A stretch of 57,674 bases of DNA. Source: Candidatus Caldarchaeum sp. GTDB lineage: Archaea > Thermoproteota > Nitrososphaeria_A > Caldarchaeales > Caldarchaeaceae. This document shows, in pieces, positions 10,072 to 19,831 of the stretch. Below the pieces are notes generated by a model. The model did not search any database. It was given only the letters and a program-made list of their open reading frames with translations, and was not told the DNA's origin. The translations under genes and the position numbers were made by a program. The DNA lies in assembly GCA_038831915.1 (NCBI GenBank), contig JAWBKB010000009.1:1-57674 (forward strand), read 5' to 3'. Positions within the stretch are counted from its first letter, which is position 1. The number at the start of each line of letters is the position of its first letter.

Positions 10072-10958
10072 GCGGGCTCAGTGGCCAGTTTGTAGGATAG
10101 TTGTAATGCATAGAGGTAGCTGTCAGGTGTTCCTATGTCGAGTCTCGCTTCGTCTCGGTCAAGCTTGATCGCCGTAACTTCTCCTTTTTCGTCGATGATT
10201 TTTTGGATGGCGTCGGTAAGCTGAAGCTCTCCCACTGAATCCGGTTCGGTGACGTCGAGAGCATACATGATGTAAGACGTGAATATGTAGAAGGGCATGA
10301 TTGCGAGGTTTGAAGGTGGCGTTTTCGGCTTTTCCACGACCTTTAATACCCTGTAAGTGTTTTCCGATTGATGTTCGCCGACGACTACGCCATACTGTTT
10401 CGGATCTTCGACCTCATGAATAAGCAGCGTGGCCGCTATCCTTTTTTTAGGTTCGGCTGAAACAAGGTGCTGGAGAAAGTTGTTCTTCCGAGAAACAATG
10501 TATGTGTCGCCTGCGCAAAGTAGGAAGTTTTCGTCGGCTACGAAGTGTCGAGCTGTTCTAACGGCGTCTCCGAAGCCGCGCGGATATGGTTGGGTTACCC
10601 ACACCGTTATGGATTCTTCGAGCATTTTGTAAAAGTTGACGAGGTCGGTGACTTGTGATGTTTTGCCTGTTTTTTCGAGTTTTTCGACGAAGTCCCAATC
10701 GGGTGTGAAGTGGTCTTCGATGGCTCTTTTGCCGCGGCCCACTACGAAGCAGAATTCTCGGAAACCGTAGCTGTATAACTGTTCGAACAACGCCTGCAAT
10801 AGAGGCTTGAGAACCGGCCGGCCTTTCGCGCCTCTAACATAGATGGGAAGCATTTCCTTGGGAAGTTCCTTAGTGGTTGGAAGCAGACGTGTGCCAAGGC
10901 CGGCGGCAGTAATAACCACCTTCCTAATCATTGAGCCAAAAATTCGAAGAGCTCCCAT
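10068..10958 (-). CDS. galU: UTP-glucose-1-phosphate uridylyltransferase
   Basis: AAGLGTRLLPTTKELPKEMLP, VEKP and ELQLTDAI motifs. Likely start MIRKVV at 10931. Confidence 0.88.
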   Translation of the reverse strand: MGALRIFGSMIRKVVITAAGLGTRLLPTTKELPKEMLPIYVRGAKGRPVLKPLLQALFEQLYSYGFREFCFVVGRGKRAIEDHFTPDWDFVEKLEKTGKTSQVTDLVNFYKMLEESITVWVTQPYPRGFGDAVRTARHFVADENFLLCAGDTYIVSRKNNFLQHLVSAEPKKRIAATLLIHEVEDPKQYGVVVGEHQSENTYRVLKVVEKPKTPPSNLAIMPFYIFTSYIMYALDVTEPDSVGELQLTDAIQKIIDEKGEVTAIKLDRDEARLDIGTPDSYLYALQLSYKLATEPA

Positions 10959-10965
10959 TAAGTTT

Positions 10966-11223
10966 TTACTCTGTTTTTATTTCTACGCCGCGTGTTCGAA
11001 GATACATGTAGACCGATATTGCCAAGAACAGCAAAATCACTGGGATGAAGATGAACGCGAATGCCCTTGAGTCTGAGGTGTCGAAGAAAAGCGGAAACGG
11101 TCCTATTAGAACAAGTCCGAAGCCGCGGATTTCGGTGGAATTGGTCGTGGACGCGATTAGTAGTAACGGTATGAGGAAGGAGAAAATTATCATCGCCACT
11201 GCTACAAATGCGAGTCGCATCAT
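10966..11223 (-). CDS. DUF131/TIGR00304-like small membrane protein
   Basis: GFGLVLIGPFPLFF signature between TM helices. Start reassigned to MMRLAF. Confidence 0.7.
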   Translation of the reverse strand: MMRLAFVAVAMIIFSFLIPLLLIASTTNSTEIRGFGLVLIGPFPLFFDTSDSRAFAFIFIPVILLFLAISVYMYLRTRGVEIKTE

Positions 11224-11432
11224 CGCATCACCAGTAGTAGCAAGATGACAAGCACGGCTGCAGCTAATAATGCGACCCATGGTTTGCCACGGAGTATCAC
11301 AGGAAATGGCCCGATGAGAAAGAAGGCGAATCCATCGGCTCTGCCCGTGCCGCGCGCAGTAGCCGCAGCGAGCAAAGTCACGGCAAATACCATCAGAACA
11401 ACAATCATCAGTATGGTTAGCACGAAGTTCAT
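11220..11432 (-). CDS. DUF131/TIGR00304-like small membrane protein (tandem paralogue)
   Basis: GFAFFLIGPFPVILRG signature; 4-nt overlap with the downstream paralogue. Confidence 0.7.
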   Translation of the reverse strand: MNFVLTILMIVVLMVFAVTLLAAATARGTGRADGFAFFLIGPFPVILRGKPWVALLAAAVLVILLLLVMR

Positions 11433-11473
11433 CCCGGTTTGTCAGTTGGATGTAGATGCTTAAAGACCTTTGT

Positions 11474-13234
11474 TTATGACAAGTCGGATTCAATTTTCTT
11501 GAGCTGTCGGCGGTACATCTCTACTATTTCTGCGTCTGTTGTGGCGTCTTCAGGTGTTTTGTCTTCTCGGTATCGGCCGGTGAATCTTGGAAACCGGATT
11601 CCAAGCCCGTAGCCTTGTTTCACAACGTCCCTTGCACAAGTGTGAACGGGGCTTAGAGTTACTTCGGCACCGATGATTTCGAGAACGATTTTCGGCATCA
11701 CCCACACATCGGGAACCATTAATGCTTCGACGCGGGCGTGCTTTTCCCCGAGCCAATACCTGTTGATAAGTTCCGTGAAGTTTTCAAGGTCGACGTCTTT
11801 GAAGCCTGAGCCGACTTTGCAGACGGTTTGGAAGACGTCTTTTTCTTTGTTGTACGCCGCCATCAGCAACGCGCCGTATTTGCCTTTTCGTCTTCCACGG
11901 CCGTGGAAAGCACCCACGACAACCAAGTCAACGGTGTCGATCATCTCGCTGCGGTAGTCACGTTTGAACTTAATCCATTGCCATCCACGAGCTCCAGCTC
12001 TGTAAACGCTGTCTTCGCCGACCGATTTCACGATGACGCCTTCACATCCGGCTTCAATGGCTTCCGCGAAAATGCGCTCAATCTCCTCAGGCGATTTCAC
12101 TAACACGCCTGTGCTGGGCCGGAATCTTTCATTTTCTTCCACGACTTCCTCGAGTTTTTTACGCCGGTCGAGAAACGTCCAAGTCGTCAAATCATCACCA
12201 TCACAGTATAACGCGTCGAAGAAATAGAGAGCGACAGGATATTCCTCGACGGCTTTTTCGATTTCTTTTTTGCGTTTTCGATGCATCAGTTCTTGGAAGG
12301 GTAGTGTTTCGTTGGTTTCGGGGTCTATTGGGACGGCTTCGCATTCGAGGATGGCGTCGACTGCTTTGATGTTTTTCCGCACCATTTCGACCACGTCGGG
12401 GTACTGGTTGGTGATGTTTTCCTGCCTCCGTGAAAAGACTGAAACATTTTTGCCTTGTTTGTGTATCTGCATACGTTCTCCGTCGTACTTGTATTCAGCA
12501 AACCCTGCCCCTCCAACCTTTTGGAGAATTTCTTCCGCTGACGACAGTCTTTCGGCGAGCATGCATCGTACAGGTATTCCAACTTTGACCGTGAATTTTG
12601 CCACTCCGGAAGGCCCGTCACGGGCCGCCGCCAATGCAACCAGCCCGATGTCAGAGCTGAGGTTATAAGCCCTTTCATACACGTCTCTTTCTCCTCCGAA
12701 GGCTTTTGCCAATGCGTCGAGAATCGTCATATCAGCCACGCCCAGTCTCATTTTCCCCGTTACCATTCGGAGGATGTGTTTGGCTTCGACGGGTGAAGCC
12801 ATTGCTAAAAGGCCTGACAAAATGCTTAGCTTCGTGTCAACTGCGCCGGGCCCGGTTGATTTAGCTATCTTTTCGAATTCGTTGTAGACGTCTTCGACGG
12901 TAAGCTCTTCTGTGAACAGCGTTGTCTGTTCTTTTTTACGGAGAAGAAGCATGGCCGCGGTTCCCACGTCTCCGTGTCTGGAATAAGTTTCCTGCAACTC
13001 TTTTTCGTTAACTCCCGCTACCTGCCGAACAGCTTTTAAAGCAAGTTTCTCAGCCACCCCCAGCTCAATTCCCTTATAAGCTGGGTAGATTTCCCCCAAC
13101 GTCATGTAGACAACTTTGTCGATGATTCTGGTGGGTGTTTTCGCCAGCAGTTCGGCGAGGATGTCCGTCATTTCCAGCCTTTTCGTCGTGGCCTCGAGTT
13201 TTTCGTAGTATTCTACAAGTTCGCGGAAAAGCAT
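11474..13234 (-). CDS. lig: ATP-dependent DNA ligase
   Basis: EYKYDGER adenylation motif plus EGVIVK, WIKFKRDY and IRFPRF; 586 aa. Confidence 0.97.
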   Translation of the reverse strand: MLFRELVEYYEKLEATTKRLEMTDILAELLAKTPTRIIDKVVYMTLGEIYPAYKGIELGVAEKLALKAVRQVAGVNEKELQETYSRHGDVGTAAMLLLRKKEQTTLFTEELTVEDVYNEFEKIAKSTGPGAVDTKLSILSGLLAMASPVEAKHILRMVTGKMRLGVADMTILDALAKAFGGERDVYERAYNLSSDIGLVALAAARDGPSGVAKFTVKVGIPVRCMLAERLSSAEEILQKVGGAGFAEYKYDGERMQIHKQGKNVSVFSRRQENITNQYPDVVEMVRKNIKAVDAILECEAVPIDPETNETLPFQELMHRKRKKEIEKAVEEYPVALYFFDALYCDGDDLTTWTFLDRRKKLEEVVEENERFRPSTGVLVKSPEEIERIFAEAIEAGCEGVIVKSVGEDSVYRAGARGWQWIKFKRDYRSEMIDTVDLVVVGAFHGRGRRKGKYGALLMAAYNKEKDVFQTVCKVGSGFKDVDLENFTELINRYWLGEKHARVEALMVPDVWVMPKIVLEIIGAEVTLSPVHTCARDVVKQGYGLGIRFPRFTGRYREDKTPEDATTDAEIVEMYRRQLKKIESDLS

Positions 13235-13343
13235 TTCCGAGCCATGGAAAGCCCTGGCATATAATAACTATTAGCAGTGATAGCAGGAATGGATTTCCAA
13301 AAAAGAGCGTTTACGGCACATTTATAAAGACGGTTCCCGGACC

Positions 13344-14255
13344 GTGGTTGAATTGACTCTAAGTCGTGACGTGCAGTCTGAAGCAGCTCCTACTCCTATT
13401 GAAATTGACTGGGTTACGGTTACCCATGTCTACTTTCCAATTGACGAGAAGAAGCTCGGAGGCTACCGTTTGGCTTCGACACCTTTGATAGAGGCGGCGG
13501 TCAACCTTCCAAACAAACAGCGCGGCATTCACGCGTCCAGAACTTACGAAGCCGTTAAAATTGCCCTCGACAGCCTTGAATACCCCGACATTTATAGCAT
13601 CGCTCCCCAGATAGCTAAAACACTTCTCGAGAAACACATCTATTCAACAAAGGCGAAGGCAGCCATACGCGCCAGCCTGTTCGACGTCGCCAAAACACCT
13701 GTCAGCAACATGGATTCAATCGAACATTTTGACACCGTTCTGAAATCATACGCTTACCGTGTTAACGGCTCCATTATAACGAGAAACTTTATCGGGGTAA
13801 GAGCGTCTGGGATAACGGCTTGTCCATGTGCCAAAGAGGTCATTAGGGAAGTTTACGCGAAAGCGGACGGCGGAAGTGAGAACGGCTCGCTAATACCGAC
13901 ACACATGCAGCGGGCCTACGCCGACCTTGTCGTCGAAACAGACGGAAGAATCCAACTCAGCGATCTCCTCGAAATACTAAGGGAATCTTTCAGCAGCAGA
14001 ACTGTCGAGCTTCTGAAAAGGCTTGACGAAGCGGCCCTCGTTGTTTCAGCTGTTGAGAAGCCTCGTTTTGTGGAAGACGTGGTTCGTTCGGCCGCCAACT
14101 TGATGGTGAAAAGATTTCCAACCGTTCCCGACAGTCATCGCATCGCGATAAAAGTCAAATCGCTCGAAAGCATTCACAGACACAACCTCCAGTCCAGACT
14201 CCGAACAACATTCGGAAAAATACGGCGACAACTTGAAAACAACGGAATGGCTTAA
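13344..14255 (+). CDS. mptA: GTP cyclohydrolase IV/FolE2 family (MptA)
   Basis: RGIHASR, TACPCA, PTHMQR, PRFVEDVVR and ESIHRHN motifs. Confidence 0.88.
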   Translation: MVELTLSRDVQSEAAPTPIEIDWVTVTHVYFPIDEKKLGGYRLASTPLIEAAVNLPNKQRGIHASRTYEAVKIALDSLEYPDIYSIAPQIAKTLLEKHIYSTKAKAAIRASLFDVAKTPVSNMDSIEHFDTVLKSYAYRVNGSIITRNFIGVRASGITACPCAKEVIREVYAKADGGSENGSLIPTHMQRAYADLVVETDGRIQLSDLLEILRESFSSRTVELLKRLDEAALVVSAVEKPRFVEDVVRSAANLMVKRFPTVPDSHRIAIKVKSLESIHRHNLQSRLRTTFGKIRRQLENNGMA

Positions 14256-15018
14256 CCATTACTATGTGATTTGTAAAAAATTAGGGATAGACCCTGCGAA
14301 AGACCGTCAGGCCGCAGAAATTCTCTCAAACCTCATACGGGATGTTTGCGTTAGCCGCGCAGACGTGGCTGAATTTTTTGCAGGAAGAAATTTCGCCGTG
14401 GTTTTCGGTGCGGCGTCGTCGCTTGAAGAAGACCTCGAAGACTTTCTAGAAAGTTTTGATTGTGAAAGAGCTGCGATTGTTGTTGCTGACGGTGCTGTTC
14501 GAGCCTTTCTCGACTTAGGCGTCAGGCCCGACGTGGTTGTGACAGATTTAGACGGCGGGGACGAAGCCTTGTTATGTGTAGCAACGACTAGCCGGTTTTT
14601 CGTCGTCCACGCTCACGGGGACAACATTTCGAAAATACAGCATCTCGTGCCAAAACTCGACACCAAGGTTTTGGGAACCACACAGACCGAACCGGTAGGA
14701 GTTTTGGATAACTTCGGAGGATTCACCGACGGAGACCGAGCGGTGTTTCTCTGCGAAGAACTCGGTGTTAAAACTATTGTGGTTGCTGGAATGGACTTCG
14801 ACGGAGAAATCGGAAAATTCTCCAAACCCTACTTACTGGACGAAAAGGAGAAGATGCGGAAGAAACTCAAGCTCCAAATCGGCAAATCGCTTCTCGAAAT
14901 TCTCGCAACGAAAACCAACGCAGCTCTTTATGATGCGTCAAAGACCAACTCCGTGATTAGAGGTTTTCAGAAAATCGTTTGGAGAGAGTTGGTAGAACGT
15001 CTATGCAGGCTTAAATAA
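14233..15018 (+). CDS. mptE: 6-hydroxymethyl-7,8-dihydropterin pyrophosphokinase (MptE/DUF115)
   Basis: VVTDLDG, HAHGDN, NFGGFTDGDRA and GMDF motifs; follows mptA. Confidence 0.88.
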   Translation: MKTTEWLNHYYVICKKLGIDPAKDRQAAEILSNLIRDVCVSRADVAEFFAGRNFAVVFGAASSLEEDLEDFLESFDCERAAIVVADGAVRAFLDLGVRPDVVVTDLDGGDEALLCVATTSRFFVVHAHGDNISKIQHLVPKLDTKVLGTTQTEPVGVLDNFGGFTDGDRAVFLCEELGVKTIVVAGMDFDGEIGKFSKPYLLDEKEKMRKKLKLQIGKSLLEILATKTNAALYDASKTNSVIRGFQKIVWRELVERLCRLK

Positions 15019-15047
15019 TAGACACACATGGCGAAAACGAAGAAACC

Positions 15048-15359
15048 ATGAACAGACTAGTTATTCCCATAGCTTCTCTAGCTTTGCTGGGGTTCTTTTC
15101 ACTGCTGACGCCTGCTTCAGCGGTCGATGGAAGCCAGTTAGTCGGAGAGCTGGGATCGAAGACTTTCGCGGCGGCCATTGCGTTTTCGGTGGCGGTTGCT
15201 TCTTCTGCTTTTGGCCTTGCCAGAGCTGGTTCCGCTGGTTTGGCGGCCACGGCTGAAAGACCTGAAGTCAGGACAACGGCAATCATCATCTCGGCTTTCG
15301 CCGAAGCGTTAGGTATCTACGGTATCGTCGTGGCCTTCTTCATACTCGGGGCAAGCTAA
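15048..15359 (+). CDS. atpK: A-type ATP synthase proteolipid subunit K (c)
   Basis: Helical hairpin GLARAGSAGLAATAERPE...FAEALGIYG with the ion-binding Glu, plus an N-terminal signal-like extension. Confidence 0.9.
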   Translation: MNRLVIPIASLALLGFFSLLTPASAVDGSQLVGELGSKTFAAAIAFSVAVASSAFGLARAGSAGLAATAERPEVRTTAIIISAFAEALGIYGIVVAFFILGAS

Positions 15360-16248
15360 CATAGTTAACTAAGTGCGATAGATAGAAGAACGCAAGCGCA
15401 ACGCCCATCGATGTCTGCCATCTCATTTTTTTAGCGTATGCAATAGCCGCGCTAATCAGAAATATCGAAATAGTCTGAGATAGAACAATTAATGCGTCGC
15501 GCACGAGAACGTTTCCAAGTAGAGACGTGCCTAACACTCTATCAACTGTTGCGAGCCCTGGAACAAGCCCGAGCGGAAGCAACGTCACTGAAAAAGCAGA
15601 CAGTAGTCTTCCCGATTCGGCTAGAATTTCACGTGTTTTAGAATTTTTAAGCGATTTGAACGCGGATGATGCTGACCTGAATTTGCCCGAAAAAAGGTAG
15701 CTGAACACGTTGAGAATCATGAATCCTGAGAGGTAGGTTGCGGCAAGTTTTAACACGAAGTCGGAGTGGTTGAGGGGTTGGGCGGGAAATACGTTGAGCA
15801 TGAAGATTTCATGCCGGCCTGCAAGGAGCACAAAAACAACGACGAATAGGGATAGCGGTCCTAGGACTGATGCGACGACTTTGCTTTCGTAGATTGGTGA
15901 AAAAAGCCACATCGGAAAGAATATCGACGACAGTACTTCGGCTGTTCTCGAAGGTTTCGGAATTTCGGCGTTGCTCTGAGCAGTCAAAGCCTTGTAGATT
16001 CTAAGGCCGTCCTCAGTCAGGCGGTAGGTTTTCCGCTCATCCTGTGTGATAAGCTGACTCATCTGCCGAAGGTTGTAATAGAGAGAACCTGTGCTGATAC
16101 CTAGTTTCTGCTTCAGGGCTGTGGCGCCGATTCTGCCTTCTTCTCCCACCGCGAGGATAATGGCTTTACGGACTTTATGACGAACCAGCCACAGAAGTTC
16201 TTCATCTGAAAGCTTCTGAGACTGGTCATATTCGCCCATATCAATCAA
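15340..16248 (-). CDS. ArsR-type wHTH fused to a multi-pass membrane domain
   Basis: HKVRKAII...LKQKLGISTGSLYYNL...YRLTEDG wHTH followed by about 6 hydrophobic segments. Confidence 0.75.
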   Translation of the reverse strand: MIDMGEYDQSQKLSDEELLWLVRHKVRKAIILAVGEEGRIGATALKQKLGISTGSLYYNLRQMSQLITQDERKTYRLTEDGLRIYKALTAQSNAEIPKPSRTAEVLSSIFFPMWLFSPIYESKVVASVLGPLSLFVVVFVLLAGRHEIFMLNVFPAQPLNHSDFVLKLAATYLSGFMILNVFSYLFSGKFRSASSAFKSLKNSKTREILAESGRLLSAFSVTLLPLGLVPGLATVDRVLGTSLLGNVLVRDALIVLSQTISIFLISAAIAYAKKMRWQTSMGVALAFFYLSHLVNYVSLPRV

Positions 16249-16420
16249 GGCTTACAGCCCCTTAAACGACCCATTTAATAATATTTTAACGTGATTATCG
16301 TCGAAAACGAAGCGGAATGAGTTGTAGAAGTTTTTCGAAAAAGGTTTCTAGACGTTAATAAATGCTACGCAGTGTACGTTCAAGTCTTGACTCAGAATAC
16401 GGAACGATTCTGAGGGTCAT

Positions 16421-16885
16421 TCACAGAGTTGTTACGTGGCCTGATTTGGCGTAGATTTGGAGAGGTTCTTGTTTGATGCCGCCCATTCCCGGCGAGCCCG
16501 CCACCATTCCCGGAAGAGTTATTCCTTCGATTTCTGGTTTTTCCGAAAACAATCTCCTAATGGCCTCAACTGCAACATGGCCCTCAATAAAATATTGCCC
16601 AGCCTTCATCGTGTGACAACTATAAAGCTACGGTGGTATTCCGAATTTCTCCCTTATTTTCTCCAACTCCACATGATCGACGACCATTGTTTTGAACTCG
16701 ATTTTTTGTTTTCTGAGGTATGATTCGTATTCTCTGCAGCATGAGCATGTTTCAGTTCTGTAAATGATGAAGGTCGGTGTTGTTTCGCTGGTTTGCGGCG
16801 TAAACGGGTTTTGGGGAATTGTTGTGACCGCGATGGCGGCTATTGTCAGAAGTGTCAGGTCGATGAATGTCTTGATTTTCCACAT
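16421..16885 (-). pseudogene. DUF411 metal-binding protein with in-frame TAG at 16628-16630
   Basis: TCSCC...GIPP*LYSCHT...YFIEGHV...GITLPGMVAGSPGM. Both ORF-track pieces are in the same frame. Confidence 0.8.
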
Positions 16886-16898
16886 GCTGAATTGTTTT

Positions 16899-17270
16899 CT
16901 ACGCTGTTTTCCATGCGATGGCAAGGATGCCACCGATTATTCCGAGCAATGCTCCGACTACGAAACCACCCATGGAGATGAGGCTGATGGCTGAGAAGGC
17001 TAGTATGATGCTACCCCAAGTGTTAGCTTGTTGCGGACGGGTTTGAAGCATGAAAGCTCCCACAGTAACCAATATGCCTGAAACGAGGCCTAGCGATGAG
17101 AAAGCAGTCCACGCCCATGGTGTCCACCATCCCATCATGCCGCATCCGGGACACATCATGCCGCCCCAAACCACCCATCTGACAAAGCCTAACAAAGCTC
17201 CAGACAGTATGAGTACGCCCCCGACTAGAGATAGGATGAAAGCTGCCGTAGGCTTATCCGTTGCCGTCAT
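16899..17270 (-). CDS. Small 4-TM membrane protein with Met/Cys-rich loop
   Basis: PTAAFILSLVGG...GMMCPGCGMMG...GGFVVGALLGIIGGIL. Confidence 0.7.
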   Translation of the reverse strand: MTATDKPTAAFILSLVGGVLILSGALLGFVRWVVWGGMMCPGCGMMGWWTPWAWTAFSSLGLVSGILVTVGAFMLQTRPQQANTWGSIILAFSAISLISMGGFVVGALLGIIGGILAIAWKTA

Positions 17271-17273
17271 AAG

Positions 17274-17990
17274 CTAATCCTCCACTTCTATTTCCTGTAT
17301 AAACTGGCCGTGCCACCAGTGGTACCAGACTAGGCCCGTGTAGCCGTTTACGCTGAGCATTCCGTGGATTCGTCCGTTTAGTTTGTAGTCGATGGTGTAG
17401 TAGCCGTAAAACATGACCGGATGCTCTTCTTCCACGTTCCCGCCGAACATTTGGACAAGATAGTCAAGCGCTATCTGTTCCGCTTGCTCAGGGGTGACCG
17501 GCATCTCGGTTGTTGGCATGGCATAACATCCTCTTCTGCCGGCTTGCATGCCGTATTTGGTGTTCCACATCATGTTGGGGCCTGGTTCGGGATAAACCGC
17601 GCCTGTGTAGGGGTTGACGAGAAGTTCGAAAGCCCCGACGCCAGTGTCAAGCTCGATAACGATGGCGTAAAAGTTTCGCTGAAATTCCATGACTTCGTGA
17701 AGCTTAAAGTTTGGTCCAAGGGCCGCGACATATCTTTGCAAAACATCGACGGCTTGTTGAATGTTCAACCTCGGTCTGGCAGGGCTTTGCCAACCATATT
17801 CATCCATGAACGGACACCGGCCCAATATCCAAGAAGGCATACCCATCAAGTTGCTCGAATATCCGTACACAGGTGGTTGCTGCGAAAAACCCAGCTGAAC
17901 ATTCATCAAAATAGGGAACGCGAAAACACCGGCGAAAACAGCCGCTGACAAAGCCAACAAAACAGCCAATTTTGCGGTCATGCCACTCAA
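17274..17990 (-). CDS. Secreted PepSY-like domain protein
   Basis: Signal/TM segment, then FELLVNPYTGAVYPEPGPNMMWNTKYG and LSVNGYTGLVWYHWWHG (two PepSY-like units). Confidence 0.7.
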   Translation of the reverse strand: MSGMTAKLAVLLALSAAVFAGVFAFPILMNVQLGFSQQPPVYGYSSNLMGMPSWILGRCPFMDEYGWQSPARPRLNIQQAVDVLQRYVAALGPNFKLHEVMEFQRNFYAIVIELDTGVGAFELLVNPYTGAVYPEPGPNMMWNTKYGMQAGRRGCYAMPTTEMPVTPEQAEQIALDYLVQMFGGNVEEEHPVMFYGYYTIDYKLNGRIHGMLSVNGYTGLVWYHWWHGQFIQEIEVED

Positions 17991-18077
17991 ATGAGCGGTC
18001 TAAAGTCATTTAACACTTTGCTGAAACATTCGTGAAACAAAGTTCTCAGTGGCGGTCGATGACTCCCAGCCGATTGG

Positions 18078-19028
18078 CTACGGTTTAAGAAGTATTTTTA
18101 ATCCTTCCTTAGATTCTGCATGCCTGAAGGCAGTCTGATATTCTTCGAGGCTGTAAATTGCGTCAACCAACTGTTCTACTTTCACGAGTTTTTTGGAGAG
18201 GGCTCGGAGAGCAGGCGTGAAGGGGCCACATCTTGAACCGATTAGAACTACTTCGTTCACCACGAGAGGGGAAAGGTTCATGGACACGGATTCGGCAACG
18301 GTTGTCTTCAAGACGATTATGCCGCGGGGTTTAACGAGCCGAACCGCTGTCCATAACCCGGAAACATTGCCTGATGCTTCAACAACCAAATCATATCCAC
18401 CAAACTCCTCAGCCTCTGAAACATGAAAGCACTTCAGTCCGAGCGAAATCAGAACGTCCATCTTGCGCCGATGTTTTCCATAAACGTGAACTTCGTGACA
18501 AATGGTTGAGATTACTTGCGCTATGAGGTTTCCAAGCCTTCCGTCTCCAACTATCGCAACCCGCCAGTTCGGGTCGATGTGTGTCTGCTCCAAGATTTCA
18601 TAGCAAGCGGCGAGTGGCTCGGTGAAGACAGCCGCGACATCGGAAACATTGTCGGGAACGATGTGGAGGTTTTTCTCGGGAAGCGATAAATATTCAGCAA
18701 ACGCGCCATCCCTGTTCTTAATTCCCAACACCGTTCTGTTTGGGCAGTGTCTTTCGAGGTTTCTTCTACAGTAGCTGCAATTGTCGCAGCCCACATTTAT
18801 CTCACCCACAACTCGCTTACCGACCAGCTCCGGGTTTTTACTCTCCTCGACAACACCGACAAACTCGTGTCCAGGCACTCCCCTAAACCCGGCGTATCCC
18901 TTGAGAATCTCGAGGTCAGTTCCACAGATGCCGGCTAACAATACCTTCACCACGGCTTCGTCGTCAGCTTTCGGCTTGTCGTGTTCGACGAGTTTGAGGT
19001 CTTTGCCGTCAAAGTACAGAGCTTTCAT
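18078..19028 (-). CDS. Zinc-dependent alcohol dehydrogenase (MDR family)
   Basis: GICGTD, GHEFVG, CDNCSYC...C and GDGRLG motifs. Confidence 0.92.
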   Translation of the reverse strand: MKALYFDGKDLKLVEHDKPKADDEAVVKVLLAGICGTDLEILKGYAGFRGVPGHEFVGVVEESKNPELVGKRVVGEINVGCDNCSYCRRNLERHCPNRTVLGIKNRDGAFAEYLSLPEKNLHIVPDNVSDVAAVFTEPLAACYEILEQTHIDPNWRVAIVGDGRLGNLIAQVISTICHEVHVYGKHRRKMDVLISLGLKCFHVSEAEEFGGYDLVVEASGNVSGLWTAVRLVKPRGIIVLKTTVAESVSMNLSPLVVNEVVLIGSRCGPFTPALRALSKKLVKVEQLVDAIYSLEEYQTAFRHAESKEGLKILLKP

Positions 19029-19831
19029 ATTACGTCGGGAAAAACAACTCCGTAGCCATTAAGTCTTAGGTAGATGGAGAGCGCCGCGAGAAAAGCTAAG
19101 ACGAAGACGACGATGTAGTCGATGGTTTTCATCTTGATTGTGAGGTAGTAAGATCTTTTAGCCATGGGGACGAATCCTCTCGACTCTATGGCGATGGGTA
19201 GGTCTCCGAATCTCCGCATGGTTGTTATGAAGAGGGGCACGATGATGGCTGCTGAGTTTCGAAGCCTTGAAAATATATTGCCACCTGCCAGGTTCACACC
19301 CCTTGCTTGTTGGGCGGCAAGAATCGTAAGGCCGTCGCCTACCATGGTGGGAATGAACCTGAAGACCGCCGAGAAACCGAAGGCCAGCGGATAGGGCAGG
19401 CCCAGCCTCGTCATCGCCAACTCTAGCTCCTCTATACGCGTGGTGGTAAGCAGGAGAAGACCCGATAAGACCATGGCGACTAGCCTGAAAGCCACTGCAA
19501 GCCCATACATCACGGACTCGAGCGTAAAAGTTATGCCGAAAACTGTCGCCAAATATGTCTCTCCGCCGCGGCGGAAAAGCGGCCACAGGATTAAGCTCAT
19601 CAAGGCGAGCGAGCCCAACCCGAACCAGAAAAGCTTCAGCTGGCCATATGTTCTTGAGACCAAAACAAGCGAGAAAACTGACAACAGCACTATGCCAGTG
19701 TAAAGCGGGTGGTTAAAGACTGAAGACCAAACGAACACGCATACAACAAGGAAAATTTTGGTTCGCGGGTCTAGACGGTGCAAAAAAGTGTTTTTCTCAA
19801 CGTAAAGAACGTATTGCGGCACTTGTGTCAC
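19025..19831 (-). CDS. ecfT: ECF transporter T component
   Basis: LHRLDPRTK, RFIP, AQQARG and AIESRGF motifs. Confidence 0.92.
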   Translation of the reverse strand: MTQVPQYVLYVEKNTFLHRLDPRTKIFLVVCVFVWSSVFNHPLYTGIVLLSVFSLVLVSRTYGQLKLFWFGLGSLALMSLILWPLFRRGGETYLATVFGITFTLESVMYGLAVAFRLVAMVLSGLLLLTTTRIEELELAMTRLGLPYPLAFGFSAVFRFIPTMVGDGLTILAAQQARGVNLAGGNIFSRLRNSAAIIVPLFITTMRRFGDLPIAIESRGFVPMAKRSYYLTIKMKTIDYIVVFVLAFLAALSIYLRLNGYGVVFPDVI

